Of a stretch of 64,000 nucleotides of DNA, positions 61,564 through 64,000 are shown one piece after another. The notes beneath the pieces are model-generated. The model saw only the letters and a program-made list of their open reading frames with translations, had not been told where the DNA came from and made no database searches. This DNA comes from Ruminococcus sp. (lineage in GTDB: Bacteria > Bacillota > Clostridia > Oscillospirales > Ruminococcaceae): contig JAZNBR010000056.1 of assembly GCA_045587105.1 (NCBI GenBank), forward strand, positions 479 through 64,478, in the 5' to 3' direction. Every line of letters starts with the position of its first letter. Within the stretch, counting starts at the first letter, position 1. The position numbers and the translations under genes are program-made.

Positions 61564-62264
61564 AAAAAATACTTGAATGTGATAAGCTCAGTGCAAGCTA
61601 CGACGGTACAAAGGTACTCAGCGGACTGAGTTTTTCCCTGAATGAGGGGGATTACCTATGTATACTGGGCGAAAATGGTTCCGGCAAGAGTACTCTTGTG
61701 AAGTGCCTGCTGGGAATAAAGACTCCCGACAGCGGAAAAATAATTCTTGGTGACGGGCTTAAATCCACGGATATCGGATATCTTCCGCAGCATACAAACC
61801 TTGCAGCCGGATTTCCGGCAACTGTTGCCGAAGTCGTGATTTCCGGATGTCTCGGCAGAAGGGGACTCCGCCCGTTCTACTCCGCAAAGGAAAAGGAAAC
61901 AGCCAGACGTGCAATGGAACGTCTCGGAGTTGCCGACCTTGCAGACCGCAGCTGCCGTGAGCTTTCAGGCGGTCAGCAGCAGAGAATGCTCCTTGCAAGA
62001 GCAATGTGTGCGGCAAAGAAGCTCCTTCTTCTGGACGAGCCTGTTTCGGGACTTGATCCTGCTGCCACAGCGGAAATGTATCAGCTTATAGACGACCTCA
62101 ACAAAAAGGACGGAATGACCGTTATCATGGTATCGCATGATGTTGTAAGATCGCTTGACAATGCCAGCAGGATACTCTGTCTCTGCTGCAGCGAACACAG
62201 CTTCTTCGGCACACCGGAGGAATACGCAAATTCCCACATAAGCAGCAGATTTTTAGGAGATTGA
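61560..62264 (+). CDS. znuC: Zinc ABC transporter ATP-binding protein
   Basis: 234 aa: GENGSGKST, LSGGQQQR. Confidence 0.9.
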   Translation: MKKILECDKLSASYDGTKVLSGLSFSLNEGDYLCILGENGSGKSTLVKCLLGIKTPDSGKIILGDGLKSTDIGYLPQHTNLAAGFPATVAEVVISGCLGRRGLRPFYSAKEKETARRAMERLGVADLADRSCRELSGGQQQRMLLARAMCAAKKLLLLDEPVSGLDPAATAEMYQLIDDLNKKDGMTVIMVSHDVVRSLDNASRILCLCCSEHSFFGTPEEYANSHISSRFLGD

Positions 62265-63100
62265 ATATGTCAGAAAATATCAGATTAATGTTTACCCCCG
62301 AATTCTTCGGAGCAATACTTCTTCCGGCTCTCATAGGCGGACTTGCAGTAACGATATGCTCGTCACTGCTCGGAGTAACGCTTGTTCTCAAGCGGTATTC
62401 CATGATAGGCGACGGACTTTCACACATAGGCTACGGAGCTCTTTCCGTTGCGGCGGTAATGAATCTTGCACCGCTTAAGGTTGCACTGCCGGTAGTGATA
62501 ATCGCTGCATTCATACTTCTCAGGCTCAGTGAAAGCAGCAAGCTCAGCGGAGATTCCGCAATTGCACTGTTCTCAACGACTGCTCTTTCAGTGGGAATCC
62601 TTGTTTCCTCGAAGGCAGGCATCACCAACGATGTAAGCCACTATATGTTCGGAAGTATTCTTGCCATGAGCAAAAGTGATGTTATCATCAGCGTGGTACT
62701 TTCCGTTATCGTGATTGCGTCATTCATCCTTCTGTACAACAGGATATTCTCCGTCACCTTTGACGAGAATTTCGCAAGAGCTACGGGAGTAAATGCCGGA
62801 ATCTACAACATGATTTTTGCCGTTCTTACGGCTGTAACAGTCGTACTCGGTATGATGATGATGGGGGCATTGCTTATTTCAAGCCTTATAGTAATTCCCA
62901 CGCTTACGGCAATGCGGATATGCCGCAGCTTCAGGGGAGTGGTACTCACAGCGGGAGCCGTTTCTGTCGTGAGCTTCCTGATAGGAATGTTTATGTCATT
63001 GCTGCTTAATACAGCTCCCGGTGCAAGCATTGTTATCGTGAATGTAATATTTTTCCTCTGCTTCAGTCTTTTTGGGACGATCTGCCGGAAAAAATCCTGA
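62261..63100 (+). CDS. znuB: Zinc ABC transporter permease
   Basis: 279 aa, about 8 TM segments, ABC-3 family features. Confidence 0.88.
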   Translation: MNMSENIRLMFTPEFFGAILLPALIGGLAVTICSSLLGVTLVLKRYSMIGDGLSHIGYGALSVAAVMNLAPLKVALPVVIIAAFILLRLSESSKLSGDSAIALFSTTALSVGILVSSKAGITNDVSHYMFGSILAMSKSDVIISVVLSVIVIASFILLYNRIFSVTFDENFARATGVNAGIYNMIFAVLTAVTVVLGMMMMGALLISSLIVIPTLTAMRICRSFRGVVLTAGAVSVVSFLIGMFMSLLLNTAPGASIVIVNVIFFLCFSLFGTICRKKS

Positions 63101-63206
63101 CATCCTCTGTTTCATCTTCCGGAATATCCACAGGAACGGATTCTGAGGGAATGTAAATCTTTGTATCATCACAGCACATTTTAAATCACCTCCGCTTGTT
63201 CAGGCA

Positions 63207-63252
63207 ATACCGCACAAAGCACGCCTGACGGCGTTGTGCGGTATAGTCTTTA
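63207..63252 (+). terminator. Candidate terminator after znuB (ACCGCACAA-stem family)
   Basis: ATACCGCACAA-loop-TTGTGCGGTAT with a weak T tract. The loop AGCACGCCTGACGGC also occurs at 42760-42775. Confidence 0.5.
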
Positions 63253-63387
63253 TTATCTGCTTCTGAGTGGGGGAATATACGCTGGACGTGCCGATGATTT
63301 ATCTCATGAATTTGTGGTATATATTGATATATATTTATGCAAAATGCTGAATTTCGGCAAGAGGTGCGGCAAAATTCAGCAGATATA

Positions 63388-63416
63388 TTGACAATATGAC
63401 AGATTTGTGATAAAAT
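63388..63416 (+). promoter_or_regulatory. Sigma-A promoter of the last gene
   Basis: TTGACA (63388-93), 17-nt spacer, TGaTAAAAT (-10 at 63411-16). Confidence 0.65.
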
Positions 63417-63465
63417 CAACTCAGAAAATTTTTTTCAAATATTTAAAATTCTGGAGGTATTTACT

Positions 63466-64000
63466 ATGGCATTTTGTACACAGTGTGGATCACAGTATCC
63501 CGACGGCGGCTCATGCACAAATCCTGCTTGTCCCGGCGCTAAGCAGGCAGCAGCACCGGCAGGCAACGCTTTTGACGGCGGCTTCAATGAAGCAATGGAT
63601 AAGGTGAAGAAGAACAGCAGCACTATTATAGGCGCAGTTGTTGCATTTATCGTTCTTATTCTTGTTATCGTATTCATTGGCAGTCACACAGGTGCTAAGG
63701 GTGCGGCTAACAAGTACGCAAAGAATCTTTTCAAAAAGAGCGGCTTCAAGAGCGTTAGCAAGGTAACAATGCTTGACGATGCTTACAAGGAATACAAGAA
63801 GTCCGATGATTTCGATGATGCTAAGGATGAGCATAAGGAAGAAATCGAAGATATGAAGGACGAAGATATCAAGGTTAAGGTAAAGAGCGTTAAGAAGGGC
63901 AAGAAGCTTAAGAAGGCTGCACTCAAGGGTGCAGAAGCTTACTTCGAAGAGCAGGCTGAAGAATACGATGTTGATGACGATATCGATGTAAAGAAGGGCT
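63466..64000 (+). CDS. Zinc-ribbon, single-TM, Lys/Asp/Glu-rich hypothetical protein (3' end beyond the window)
   Basis: ATG 63466 behind GGAGG: MAFCTQCGSQYPDGGSCTNPACPG..., TM segment IIGAVVAFIVLILVIVFIG. The frame is open to the window end, so it is not in the ORF track. Confidence 0.7.
   Translation, partial: MAFCTQCGSQYPDGGSCTNPACPGAKQAAAPAGNAFDGGFNEAMDKVKKNSSTIIGAVVAFIVLILVIVFIGSHTGAKGAANKYAKNLFKKSGFKSVSKVTMLDDAYKEYKKSDDFDDAKDEHKEEIEDMKDEDIKVKVKSVKKGKKLKKAALKGAEAYFEEQAEEYDVDDDIDVKKG

Noticed and set aside
63063-63179. 38-aa minus-strand ORF (MCCDDTKIYIPSESVPVDIPEDETEDVRIFSGRSSQKD) with a strong GGAGGTGA RBS, overlapping the znuB 3' end
   Set aside because: There is no identifiable promoter. 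The only upstream element on that strand is the ACCGCACAA hairpin, which probably terminates the znu operon. The ORF is short, acidic and low-complexity and overlaps znuB by 38 nt. It is worth a ribosome-profiling check, but I cannot support it as a gene.
1-64000. Looked for tRNA, rRNA, tmRNA, RNase P or SRP RNA genes, IS or transposase genes, integrases, toxin-antitoxin pairs, restriction-modification systems and other defence systems
   Set aside because: No cloverleaf-type conserved arms (GTTCGAATC-like T-loops) and no RNase P or SRP signature strings were seen by eye. No ORF shows transposase, integrase, nuclease-helicase or methylase motifs. The only hint of mobile DNA is the truncated DnaD/replisome-organiser-like fragment at 3..221, which is too incomplete to call a prophage.

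Overview
This 64-kb window looks like chromosomal DNA from a Gram-positive, spore-forming, cellulosome-producing Clostridia member. A Ruminococcus of the flavefaciens group is my best guess, inferred from two dockerin-bearing enzymes, an alpha/beta SASP, and SpoIID, SpoVD/SpoVE-type and PduL genes. I found no rRNA, tRNA, CRISPR array, transposase or recognisable defence system.

Coding content is mostly housekeeping:
- **11.6-25.1 kb:** a division/cell-wall (dcw) cluster, mraZ-rsmH-ftsL-pbp-murE-mraY-ftsW-murG-murA-ftsQ-ftsZ. murF, murD and ftsA are absent from it.
- **Upstream of the dcw cluster:** nifS-thiI and cinA, then two tandem class B sortases followed by a SpoIID-domain gene.
- **Downstream:** tRNA/rRNA-modification and repair genes, including a TrmK-NIF3 fusion, rlmA, rqcH, mpg and nth.
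- **Further genes:** ddh; an ECF sigma factor paired with a beta-propeller anti-sigma factor; glk-manA; an envelope-related gene string (GH25, degenerate GGDEF, GT39-like, VanY-like); an ABC-F ATPase; a GH5-dockerin cellulase; pyrK-pyrD; and a zur-znuACB operon.

The most unusual feature is non-coding. At least 14 intergenic gaps, about 3.3 kb or 5% of the window, are filled by a combinatorial mosaic of short repeat modules:
- GTAGGG-headed hairpins, often arranged as inverted doublets (REP/BIME-like);
- a ~200-215-bp internally duplicated long element whose terminal hairpin abuts stop codons;
- a GTGGTGT-hairpin-GGATTGAAA module whose stems vary in a compensatory way;
- two kinds of 7-bp tandem arrays.

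All coordinates and calls come from reading the sequence and the ORF track. No database searches were run.
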